This document shows, one piece after another, positions 18,209-26,365 of a stretch of 64,000 bases of DNA (the stretch's first letter is position 1; every line of letters starts with the position of its first letter). The stretch spans positions 32,001 to 96,000 of the IMG/VR virus record IMGVR_UViG_3300049489_000321, one strand, 5' to 3'. This stretch comes from a virus. Made by a program: the position numbers and the translations under genes. The notes below the pieces were generated by a model. The model saw only the letters and a program-made list of their open reading frames with translations, ran no database searches and was not told the DNA's origin.

Positions 18209-18926
18209 CCCAAATCGTCTGAACCCTTCCAACGCTAAATTTAAGAAAAGACAAAACGCAAGAGGAGGCGGTGTTTCACATAGCGCTGTAGCTCGTGGCA
18301 AAGGAGTTGGTGATTTTGCTCCAAGCAATGCCCAAGAACCTACGGCACACGGTATTCGTATCCCTTCGTTTTTGTGTGATGAATTCGTTACTTACTACGA
18401 ATGTTTGTTTTCTGGTAACAACACTGGATTTGGGTTAAGCGCCGACAAGAACAAGACGGTGTGTGTTCTAAGCGGCACTGTTTACATTACTACCGCTGCA
18501 ACTGTAAAAACAGAAAATGGTTGGGAAGTAGACAATGACACCAAGACCATGATAAAAGTTAACGCTGGCGCACATGCTAGTTTTCCGGCTGGAACGGCGT
18601 ATAGCCTAGCCACTACAGGCAAACAGAATGTTGAGATGCTAGTTACGACTAGCATTGGTTATGACGATTCTTTTATACCATTAGAAGAATCGATTTCTAA
18701 GCCTGGAAAAATGATTATGAAGGCTCCCGAGGGACCTGTCAAAGCGCGTGTTAACAGTCAAAAAGAAAAAGACGTAGTTGCATCACAGTTTGCTCGTAGA
18801 CAGAGGCAACGTGGTGCCAACGTCGGTAAACGAACTGAGTTGTCTGGAACAAGTTCTGTTCCTAATGTAAACAGTTCAACAGTTATAGGCGTGAATCCAA
18901 TGCCCTTTAGGTTCACCGACGAATAA
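18198..18926 (+). CDS. hypothetical protein with degenerate cupin-like core
   Basis: VLSG.V....G....FPAGT.YSL spacing without metal-binding His. Confidence 0.5.
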   Translation: MSFNPNRLNPSNAKFKKRQNARGGGVSHSAVARGKGVGDFAPSNAQEPTAHGIRIPSFLCDEFVTYYECLFSGNNTGFGLSADKNKTVCVLSGTVYITTAATVKTENGWEVDNDTKTMIKVNAGAHASFPAGTAYSLATTGKQNVEMLVTTSIGYDDSFIPLEESISKPGKMIMKAPEGPVKARVNSQKEKDVVASQFARRQRQRGANVGKRTELSGTSSVPNVNSSTVIGVNPMPFRFTDE

Positions 18927-18933
18927 GGAGTAG

Positions 18934-20526
18934 ATGCCTGAATTAACAAAAGGTTTTGGACCTCCTGCTACTGCTGGACAAAAACAGCGTCGTAGCATGT
19001 TAACAGCTGGTAACACGTCTACTACTGTTAATACCGGTCGCTCAGCTAGTCCAGGCGCTGCTCTGTGTCCTATGTGTGACCACCGTCACGGTCCTGGTAG
19101 TCAGTGTAGCTATCAAAAAGGTATTTTAGATCTATTTGATATTTCAAAAGCTGATCAACCAACTATGCCTGGTAAAAAAGGCGGTGGAGGTATACCTGGT
19201 CACACAGGAGGAAATAAGCACCACGGTCCTGACGGACGGTTCACTACGGCTGGTAAGGCTGTAAGCGTAACTCCTGCCAAGGGAAAACCAGCCGTAAAGG
19301 TTCCTAAACCAGATGAAGTTAACGCTGGCGGCGGATTCAGTGTTCCGAAGCCTAAAGATGACTTTAAAGTACCAAAACCAGGTGAAGTAAGTGCAGGTGG
19401 CGGTTACGAGGTTCCTAAACCAAATACCATGAATGCTGGTGGTGGATTTAAAGTTCCAAAACCAAAGGACGAGACGGTGGGCACTGTAGGTCCGTCTCCA
19501 AAAGCAGAGTCCAAGTTTGACCCAAATAAAACCGGTGCTGCGTCTCCTAAAGCGAAAGACGGTGGTCCGCTAAAAGGCGAAGAAGGCGGCAGCGGCGGCG
19601 TTACAGGCGACGGCGCTAAGACTAAACAAGGCGGCGAAGAAGACGAAGCCTATAACAAGGTGGTCGATGAAAACAAAAACAAGTTCCTTCCACCAGGATC
19701 TGAGAAACCAATAAAGCCAGATGACTATAGCAGAGCACACATTAATTTAACCCAAAAAATGGGAGATCGCGCTCGTTCTGCAGCTAAACAAGCTGGGCAC
19801 AGTACTTCTCAAGTAAACTTGGCTGCGTTTGAAGCAGACCAAGATGCTGGACATGCCGTTGGATTGGCCAAAGAAAGAGGGATTCCCGCACACGAAATAG
19901 AACAACATCTTCCTCAATTAATGGAAGAGGCAAAGCAGGCGCGTATAAATGCTGCTAATCAGCCTCCTACTGTAGAGGGGTTGTTTGACCAAGGTCAACA
20001 ACCCGTTTCTGGAACTATATTTCAATCTCCAACAAAACTAGACGCACATCCTGGTATTCCGCTAGACGGATCAACGCAGACAACTTCTGTCGGTACTCCT
20101 CAAGGAGTTGAGCACAACTTACGAGATCCAAGTAAGATGGGAACAGGAATGAGTTCACCTCCTGCTTCCGCAACGCCTCCAACACCTAACGGACCTCCGA
20201 CTCCAAAAGGTAAGACTCCACCAAAAGGAAAAAAAGGCGGGTCACTTGGTCTTCCTATTGCGCAAATGTATGGTGCTGGTAGTGCTATAGGAAGCGGATT
20301 GGCTGGTAGTCCTGGTGGTGGTGTAGCGCCTACGGCGTCTTTTGCTGCTCAAAGAGCACATCAATTGTTAAATCCTAATTTAAATTCAACTACCGGACCA
20401 GCTTTGGCTAATCCTGGTTCCGGCCCTGGTGGACGTGCTGCGTGGCAAAGTGCCAACGCTTCTCAAAAGCCAATTCATAATAATTTTGGTATTCGTAAAT
20501 CAGTTTTGGATGTTTTGGATGACTAA
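18934..20526 (+). CDS. Pro/Gly-rich disordered protein, putative internal head protein
   Basis: Low complexity, VPKP/AGGG repeats, LTKG/ISKA/IRKS sites. Confidence 0.65.
   Translation: MPELTKGFGPPATAGQKQRRSMLTAGNTSTTVNTGRSASPGAALCPMCDHRHGPGSQCSYQKGILDLFDISKADQPTMPGKKGGGGIPGHTGGNKHHGPDGRFTTAGKAVSVTPAKGKPAVKVPKPDEVNAGGGFSVPKPKDDFKVPKPGEVSAGGGYEVPKPNTMNAGGGFKVPKPKDETVGTVGPSPKAESKFDPNKTGAASPKAKDGGPLKGEEGGSGGVTGDGAKTKQGGEEDEAYNKVVDENKNKFLPPGSEKPIKPDDYSRAHINLTQKMGDRARSAAKQAGHSTSQVNLAAFEADQDAGHAVGLAKERGIPAHEIEQHLPQLMEEAKQARINAANQPPTVEGLFDQGQQPVSGTIFQSPTKLDAHPGIPLDGSTQTTSVGTPQGVEHNLRDPSKMGTGMSSPPASATPPTPNGPPTPKGKTPPKGKKGGSLGLPIAQMYGAGSAIGSGLAGSPGGGVAPTASFAAQRAHQLLNPNLNSTTGPALANPGSGPGGRAAWQSANASQKPIHNNFGIRKSVLDVLDD
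19294..19473 (+). repeat. intragenic peptide repeats (VPKP x5, AGGG[FY] x3)
   Basis: VKVPKPDEVNAGGGFSVPKPKDDFKVPKPGEVSAGGGYEVPKPNTMNAGGGFKVPKP. Confidence 0.85.
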
Positions 20527-21226
20527 CGAACCTATAGATTTATATAAAAGTAAGTCAAATAACAACAGAATTGTAGAAAACGCCATAATAACAGCGTTTG
20601 TTTATGAAGGCATAATTCCTAAATCAGTTCGTTATACTTTGCAAAATACTGAAATTGCTGGTATAGTTAAATCCACATCTTCTGATGTGTATTTTTTTAG
20701 TTACAACAGTGGTATAAATAATTTAGAGTTAAGTTTAGTGGATTCATTTTCGTATCGTAAAGCAACAGAACTTTTTTCAAAAAGCGAAGAAGGATTTGAT
20801 CTAGAATATGCGGAAGAAGAAGAGAAATCTGGTCAATCGGGCGGACAAAATGCTGGTGGGTTACCTGGTACAATTGACGAAGAAAGAAACGTAGCTGCAC
20901 AAAGACGATTAATAACAGAAGAACACCCTGGCGCTGCTGTAGGCATGACTCCTGATAGACCTGATCGCGGTCGTCAGTGGCATCAAGACACTGTTAAGTC
21001 TCTACAAGACCTATCAGAAAACATCAATAAATCTGTAACAAGTTATTTTAATATTGCTTCTCCTACGGAAAAACAATTCATGGTTGAAGTAATGGGGAGA
21101 TCCCCAGATGAGGTTGATTCAGGCACTATAAAGATGACTCCCTTACAAAAAGTTACATATCAAAAGTGGTTGGCTAAATCAGTTTATAAAGACTACACGT
21201 CACTAAATTCGTGGCGAAATCGTTAA
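20519..21226 (+). CDS. putative head-associated protein with many KS sites
   Basis: Probable start MTNEPIDLYKS; eight KS dipeptides. Confidence 0.6.
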   Translation: MTNEPIDLYKSKSNNNRIVENAIITAFVYEGIIPKSVRYTLQNTEIAGIVKSTSSDVYFFSYNSGINNLELSLVDSFSYRKATELFSKSEEGFDLEYAEEEEKSGQSGGQNAGGLPGTIDEERNVAAQRRLITEEHPGAAVGMTPDRPDRGRQWHQDTVKSLQDLSENINKSVTSYFNIASPTEKQFMVEVMGRSPDEVDSGTIKMTPLQKVTYQKWLAKSVYKDYTSLNSWRNR

Positions 21227-22977
21227 TGAAGAAAAAATACGGAAATAGCGTTAATTACGAGAAGATCGTTGAAGAAGTTGCTCGTATGTCTGTTGCTACG
21301 CAACAGATAATGCCTATAGTTAAGGAACAAATAGAAAAAGGATGGAAGCAAATTCCAAATGTTGACGCTAAACGCTCAACAAAGTCTTGGTTTTATGATC
21401 CTCTTTCAGTTCAATTTGCGCTAGGCTATAAAGACCGTAACTTCTCTTTAACTTTTGACATCTTAAAGAGAACAGTACAGCAGCTAGCGCTGCTAAACGC
21501 CATTATCAATCTTCGATGCGCGCAAGTAGCTGCCTTCAGTCAACCGTATAGAAGTACAAGAAGTCTTGGTTTTGTAATTAAACACAAAGATCCAGATCAT
21601 CCTACTACTCGTGCTGAGGTTGAGTTTATTAAGGAATTGGAAGCGTTTGTACTTAACTGCGGAAGATCTGAGAGAAACCCGTATTCTTTAGCAGATAGAG
21701 ACGACTTTGATACTTTTTTGCGTAAAATTGTTCGTGATTCTTTAAGCTATGATCAAATATGTTGTGAGGTAGTTCCTGATAAAATGGGAATTCCTTATGA
21801 ATTCGTAGCAGTAGATGCTTCTACAATACGGTTTTCAGCCGATCCTAGAATACTAGGTGCCAACATGGCTCCTTCACGCAACGGATTTAATCCAATAAAT
21901 CCTAAAATCAACCTAGGACCCGCCACAGCAGATCCATTTACTGGTGCTGTGGAATCAGAAGGAAAGCCAACCAAGTTCGTCCAGGTTGTTCAGGGGCAAA
22001 TAGAGAACGTATACAATGAAGACGAGTTATTTATAGGTATTAGAAATCCTAAAACAGATATCTTAACCGGAGTTTACGGGTACTCAGAAGTAGAACAGCT
22101 AATCAACACGATCACAGGCATGTTGTATGCCGAAGAGTACAATCGAAACTTCTTTAAGCAAGGAAGCTCTCCTCACGGTATTCTAAATTTTAAAGGTGAC
22201 GGCGTAACAGATGAGACTATTGAGGGTTTCCGTAGGTATTGGGCTGCTCACGTAACGGGTGTACAGAACAGTCACCAACTTCCTGTTCTAAACTCAGAGG
22301 GTCTAGAATTTATTGATTTCCACAAGACTAACACGGAGATGGAATTCAATAAATGGATTGAATACAACATTAAGACTATTTGCGGTGTGTTCCTTATAGA
22401 ACCAGAAGAGATCGGCTTCTCGCTATCTGGTGGTGTAAGTCAAACTCCTTTATTTGAGTCTTCTTCTGAATGGAAGCTAAAAGCTAGCCGTGATAGAGGT
22501 TTAAAGCCTCTTCTTAAGTTTGTATCTAAATTAATAAATAAGAACATTATTGACAAGATTGACGATCATTTTGCCTTAGAATTCGTAGGTCTAGATGAAA
22601 TGGACGAACAGTCCAAGCACAATATGATGATCGAACAGATTTCATCATATATGACGCTTAACGAAGCTCGTAGACAACTAGACATGCCTGATATAGAGGG
22701 CGGTGATATTCCGATGAATCCCACATACCTTCAGATGATGAAGATGAAGATGGACGCTGATCAGGCGAAACAACAAATGCAACAGGACCAAGCCGCGCAG
22801 GCACAACAAGCACAAGCACAGCCTCAACCGGGACAGGACCAGGCTCAGGATATGCAGGGACAACAGCCCAACGCCTTGCCAGGAAGCTTCCCAGATCAGC
22901 CGCAGCAACCGCCTAACTACAGTTCTACTTTTGGATTACCTGACTTTCCATTTTTTGACGATAACACGGGAGAATAG
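21226..22977 (+). CDS. portal protein
   Basis: IIN.R..QV..F, FLRKIVRDSL.YDQ, VDASTIR, RNP....GYGYSE.E-like, N.NFF.QG..P.GIL, S.D.GL.PLL, T.NEAR; Q-rich tail. Confidence 0.93.
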   Translation: MKKKYGNSVNYEKIVEEVARMSVATQQIMPIVKEQIEKGWKQIPNVDAKRSTKSWFYDPLSVQFALGYKDRNFSLTFDILKRTVQQLALLNAIINLRCAQVAAFSQPYRSTRSLGFVIKHKDPDHPTTRAEVEFIKELEAFVLNCGRSERNPYSLADRDDFDTFLRKIVRDSLSYDQICCEVVPDKMGIPYEFVAVDASTIRFSADPRILGANMAPSRNGFNPINPKINLGPATADPFTGAVESEGKPTKFVQVVQGQIENVYNEDELFIGIRNPKTDILTGVYGYSEVEQLINTITGMLYAEEYNRNFFKQGSSPHGILNFKGDGVTDETIEGFRRYWAAHVTGVQNSHQLPVLNSEGLEFIDFHKTNTEMEFNKWIEYNIKTICGVFLIEPEEIGFSLSGGVSQTPLFESSSEWKLKASRDRGLKPLLKFVSKLINKNIIDKIDDHFALEFVGLDEMDEQSKHNMMIEQISSYMTLNEARRQLDMPDIEGGDIPMNPTYLQMMKMKMDADQAKQQMQQDQAAQAQQAQAQPQPGQDQAQDMQGQQPNALPGSFPDQPQQPPNYSSTFGLPDFPFFDDNTGE

Positions 22978-22978
22978 T

Positions 22979-23494
22979 ATGAATAAAACTACAGAGATTC
23001 TTGAGGATTTTATAAAATCTTTAAGTACGTCATGTGACGATAGAGATGACGATTCTATACTTGATATAGACAAGGTTCCTGCTGCGGCATCTGAAATAGA
23101 TAAGACCGTAGTTGAGATTGAGGTAGAACCAGACGACGTACATTTGCGTGAAAAAGAAGAAAACGAAGAAGTAGAAAAAGCAATGACCGTTGGTTCTATT
23201 CCTACTCTCGGTAGTGCAACCAGGCGCAGTATATACGCGTCTGCTACCACTCCTGTTACTAGACAGTTTACAAAACTTACTCCACCAGAAGGTAGAGCAC
23301 CTCTTCTACCTGTTCCGTCAATGAAATATGCTCATGATGAATACTCAAGCTGTAATGCACACGGACTTACTTATAAGTCAACCAGTGAATGTCCACATTG
23401 TGCTATGTCTAAATCATACTCGTGTAAGTCGTGTGGTGGTGATTTGGTTAAACAGATAGGTGGCACCACTTCGTGCCAGAAGTGCGGAGCCTAG
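22979..23494 (+). CDS. putative head-associated protein with C-terminal Zn ribbons
   Basis: FIKS, VEKA, MSKS; CxxH/CxxC pairs. Confidence 0.6.
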   Translation: MNKTTEILEDFIKSLSTSCDDRDDDSILDIDKVPAAASEIDKTVVEIEVEPDDVHLREKEENEEVEKAMTVGSIPTLGSATRRSIYASATTPVTRQFTKLTPPEGRAPLLPVPSMKYAHDEYSSCNAHGLTYKSTSECPHCAMSKSYSCKSCGGDLVKQIGGTTSCQKCGA

Positions 23495-23495
23495 T

Positions 23496-23615
23496 ATGTC
23501 AAAAATTACAAAAAATCCTCGTCTTGTGTTAGCTACTCCCGCTAGTAAAGACGTTGTGGTGAAGTCAGTTAAAGATATTAAAAAGAGCATTCCTCTTTAC
23601 ATAAGGATTAAATAA
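23496..23615 (+). CDS. 39-aa basic peptide (not in ORF track)
   Basis: MSKITKNPRLVLATPASKDVVVKSVKDIKKSIPLYIRIK fills the gap between neighbours exactly. Confidence 0.55.
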   Translation: MSKITKNPRLVLATPASKDVVVKSVKDIKKSIPLYIRIK

Positions 23616-23617
23616 TT

Positions 23618-24082
23618 ATGGCCAACTACGGACCAAGAAAACCAATTCACATGCAGGATTCTGAGCTAAGTAAGTCATATAAGAATCCGTCTTTTGAATC
23701 TTTTAGAGACAACGAAATACATACATCCGACTACAAAGAGATGGAAGATCGTCCGTCAACACATGCTATGGCATCTATGCGACGGTATCCAAACGGCGAA
23801 CTAGAGTACCAATGGGCGGTTGCCGTTATTATGGACGCCTTACACAAAGCCGAAAGAGGTATGTTTTTAACTCCTCTAGAAGAGTCCATGATTAGCGTTG
23901 TTTTTCCGGAATACAAGTCTGACGCCGCTGACGCTGCACTAGCGCAGGTTCGTACTAAACTTTCACAGACGGAAAAAGAAAATCTTAAGATGATGGTTGA
24001 AGCACAACTAAAAGAAGAGTTTAATTATAACGCGGGGCGCGGCGGGGGCAACACTCCAGGCCGCACCAGAACACTTCCATAA
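23618..24082 (+). CDS. putative internal head protein
   Basis: N-term MANYGPRKP shared with next gene; LSKS site. Confidence 0.6.
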   Translation: MANYGPRKPIHMQDSELSKSYKNPSFESFRDNEIHTSDYKEMEDRPSTHAMASMRRYPNGELEYQWAVAVIMDALHKAERGMFLTPLEESMISVVFPEYKSDAADAALAQVRTKLSQTEKENLKMMVEAQLKEEFNYNAGRGGGNTPGRTRTLP

Positions 24083-24093
24083 ACGGAGAATTT

Positions 24094-25635
24094 ATGAGCA
24101 ATTACGGACCAAAGAAGCCTTTAAACTGGAGAGAACCTACGTTTGCCAAAGCGGTAAAACGCGTTACAACTCTTGAGGAAAAACTAGATATTCACTATCG
24201 TGACGGAACTCCACCTACTCGTGGAGGGGCTTCTTGGGGCGCTCCTAGTGGTCTTCGTCCGCCTATTCCAAGCAAGCTCAATCCACCGCTGATTATTAAG
24301 GCTGTTTTAGCCCCTGTCAAATACGGCGAAGAAGGCAAACCGCAGTTTGCCCGTAAACGCGGACCAGACGGTAAGTTCGTTGAAGCCGAGAGCACAGGAT
24401 CTGAATCAACTGCTCAAGACGACGCTCAACGTAATGAACGTGAAAGCAAGTTATCTGAACATCGTTCACACGACAAACTAGTCGATACTAAGTTACGTGC
24501 GCAAGCAGTATCTCGTGGTGAGTCTGTAAAGAATCCGAGTGTTAAAGATAACAAAGAAAAAGATGGGAAAGTAGATAAAGCATTAGGTTCACAAGTACCC
24601 GGTGTTTCGTCTGCGATGCCTATTGACACGGTAAACGATCCAGTTAGTAAGCAGATCGGTGTTACAAAAACCGGTAATCCTATTTTCGATGATCCACACC
24701 ACTCAGAACACACAGATTTCACACCAGATGACCACCAGGATGCTGCGCAAGCTAACGCTACAGGTGCCCAACAAGCTATGGCAGCCGGCGATCAAGCAGG
24801 AGCCATGCGTATGCAGAACAACGCCAGCATCCACGATTCTATGGCTAACGATACAAGCAATCCTTCTACTAGGTTCTTGAATCAATTAACGACAGACAAT
24901 GGGCAAGCTCCTTCCATGGATGATCTACCGCAGGACGACTTGTCTGCACTAATGGGCGGTACTCCTCCTACACAAGACCCGATGGCAGCGCAGACAGCTA
25001 CACAACCTCCTGGTATGCAGTCTACGCCACAGGACGGTTTATCTACATTAATGGGCGGGCCTACTGCTCCTATGCCGCCACCAAGTGCTGCTCCTACAGG
25101 AGTTACTCCACCTAACGTACCTCCTGTTGCTCATAATACTGCTGGCGCAGAGCCGGATTTTAGATCTGATGCGCTTAGTAATTTTGTAGACCCAGGCGCC
25201 GATAAAAACAAGCCAACAATGAACCCGCCCGCAGCTGGACCAGCTCCTGGCATGATTAATAGTCAAACTGGTACAGGAGTCGGCCCACAGACAGACTCAT
25301 CACAGTTTGCTGGAACGATGTCGCAGCCTCAATCACCTCAAGACGAAATGTCGCCTGTATCTCCCGACACGTCTGACACAACCGGTGCTGTTGACTTAGA
25401 TCAGCTGTTTGGTAATGGAGAAGACGGTGATAGCGACACGCCTCCAATGGGAGCACCTGGCGAAGAAAGCGACGACAGCGACTCTATGCCTAATGATCCT
25501 GCTGATGACAAACCGTCTTTTGGTGGTAAAGAACCTGCTTCTGATGATTCTGCTGACGAATCTGACGAAGAAGACAAGGATAAATTAAAAGTCGCAATGA
25601 ATAAAGCTCTGGTGGCGTTATCTAGACTAATCTAA
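24094..25635 (+). CDS. acidic Pro-rich disordered protein, putative internal head protein
   Basis: GGAG RBS; MSNYGPKKP; FAKA/IIKA/VDKA/MNKA; IGVTKTGNPIF motif. Confidence 0.65.
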   Translation: MSNYGPKKPLNWREPTFAKAVKRVTTLEEKLDIHYRDGTPPTRGGASWGAPSGLRPPIPSKLNPPLIIKAVLAPVKYGEEGKPQFARKRGPDGKFVEAESTGSESTAQDDAQRNERESKLSEHRSHDKLVDTKLRAQAVSRGESVKNPSVKDNKEKDGKVDKALGSQVPGVSSAMPIDTVNDPVSKQIGVTKTGNPIFDDPHHSEHTDFTPDDHQDAAQANATGAQQAMAAGDQAGAMRMQNNASIHDSMANDTSNPSTRFLNQLTTDNGQAPSMDDLPQDDLSALMGGTPPTQDPMAAQTATQPPGMQSTPQDGLSTLMGGPTAPMPPPSAAPTGVTPPNVPPVAHNTAGAEPDFRSDALSNFVDPGADKNKPTMNPPAAGPAPGMINSQTGTGVGPQTDSSQFAGTMSQPQSPQDEMSPVSPDTSDTTGAVDLDQLFGNGEDGDSDTPPMGAPGEESDDSDSMPNDPADDKPSFGGKEPASDDSADESDEEDKDKLKVAMNKALVALSRLI

Positions 25636-25648
25636 CCACTGTTGTTAA

Positions 25649-26365
25649 ATGGAAAAGGCTAGAAAATTGTCACGTCGTATGGAATTTCAAGGACTTAATA
25701 TTTCCATCGAAACTGACAAAGGTGAAATTAGAGAATGGTTTGATACTAATTCCGGACAGTCTGGTAAGACTACCATGGTATACCCTTACGGGTATATTAC
25801 TGGTCTTAAAGAAAAAGGCGAAGACGGTGACTGTTTAGATTGTTTCGTTGGTCCTAATAAAGACGCTGAAGTTGTTTACGTTGTTAGACAGTTAAAGAAA
25901 CCAGAGTTTAAAGAATTTGATGAAGAAAAAGTTATGTTTGGTTTTGAAACAGAAAAAGAAGCCAAACAAGCTTATCTAGAACACTATGATGATAAGAGAT
26001 TTTTTGGGTCGATTTATTCTATGCCAATAGATGAATTTAAGTCTGAATTAGTAAAGTCCATGGGAAATCAACTTCCTATGGACCAAATGAAGCCTCAATT
26101 TACGTACGACATTGATCAACTTCCTAACGTTGAACACTGGTTAAACAGCGTTGGATCTTTAAAAGAAAAAGATATTTTAGGTCTTTGTGCTGAAATATGG
26201 GGACCAGGTTATTCTTTTATAAAGCTAAGTAAAACACACATTATTGCTGAGTTACGCGGATTTTTAAGAGATCAGCAGGAATTGTTGTTATTAGCACAAC
26301 CAGATGTAGTAGAATCTTCTGTCGATCCAGTAGCGGTGCCACATGCAGAACAACCTAATAATTAA
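25649..26365 (+). CDS. inorganic pyrophosphatase-like (InPase, polyvalent-protein type) domain protein
   Basis: FQGL.ISIE..KG..R, YPYGYI, G.DGD.LD.FVGP, FDE.KVM.GF....A..AY. Confidence 0.85.
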   Translation: MEKARKLSRRMEFQGLNISIETDKGEIREWFDTNSGQSGKTTMVYPYGYITGLKEKGEDGDCLDCFVGPNKDAEVVYVVRQLKKPEFKEFDEEKVMFGFETEKEAKQAYLEHYDDKRFFGSIYSMPIDEFKSELVKSMGNQLPMDQMKPQFTYDIDQLPNVEHWLNSVGSLKEKDILGLCAEIWGPGYSFIKLSKTHIIAELRGFLRDQQELLLLAQPDVVESSVDPVAVPHAEQPNN

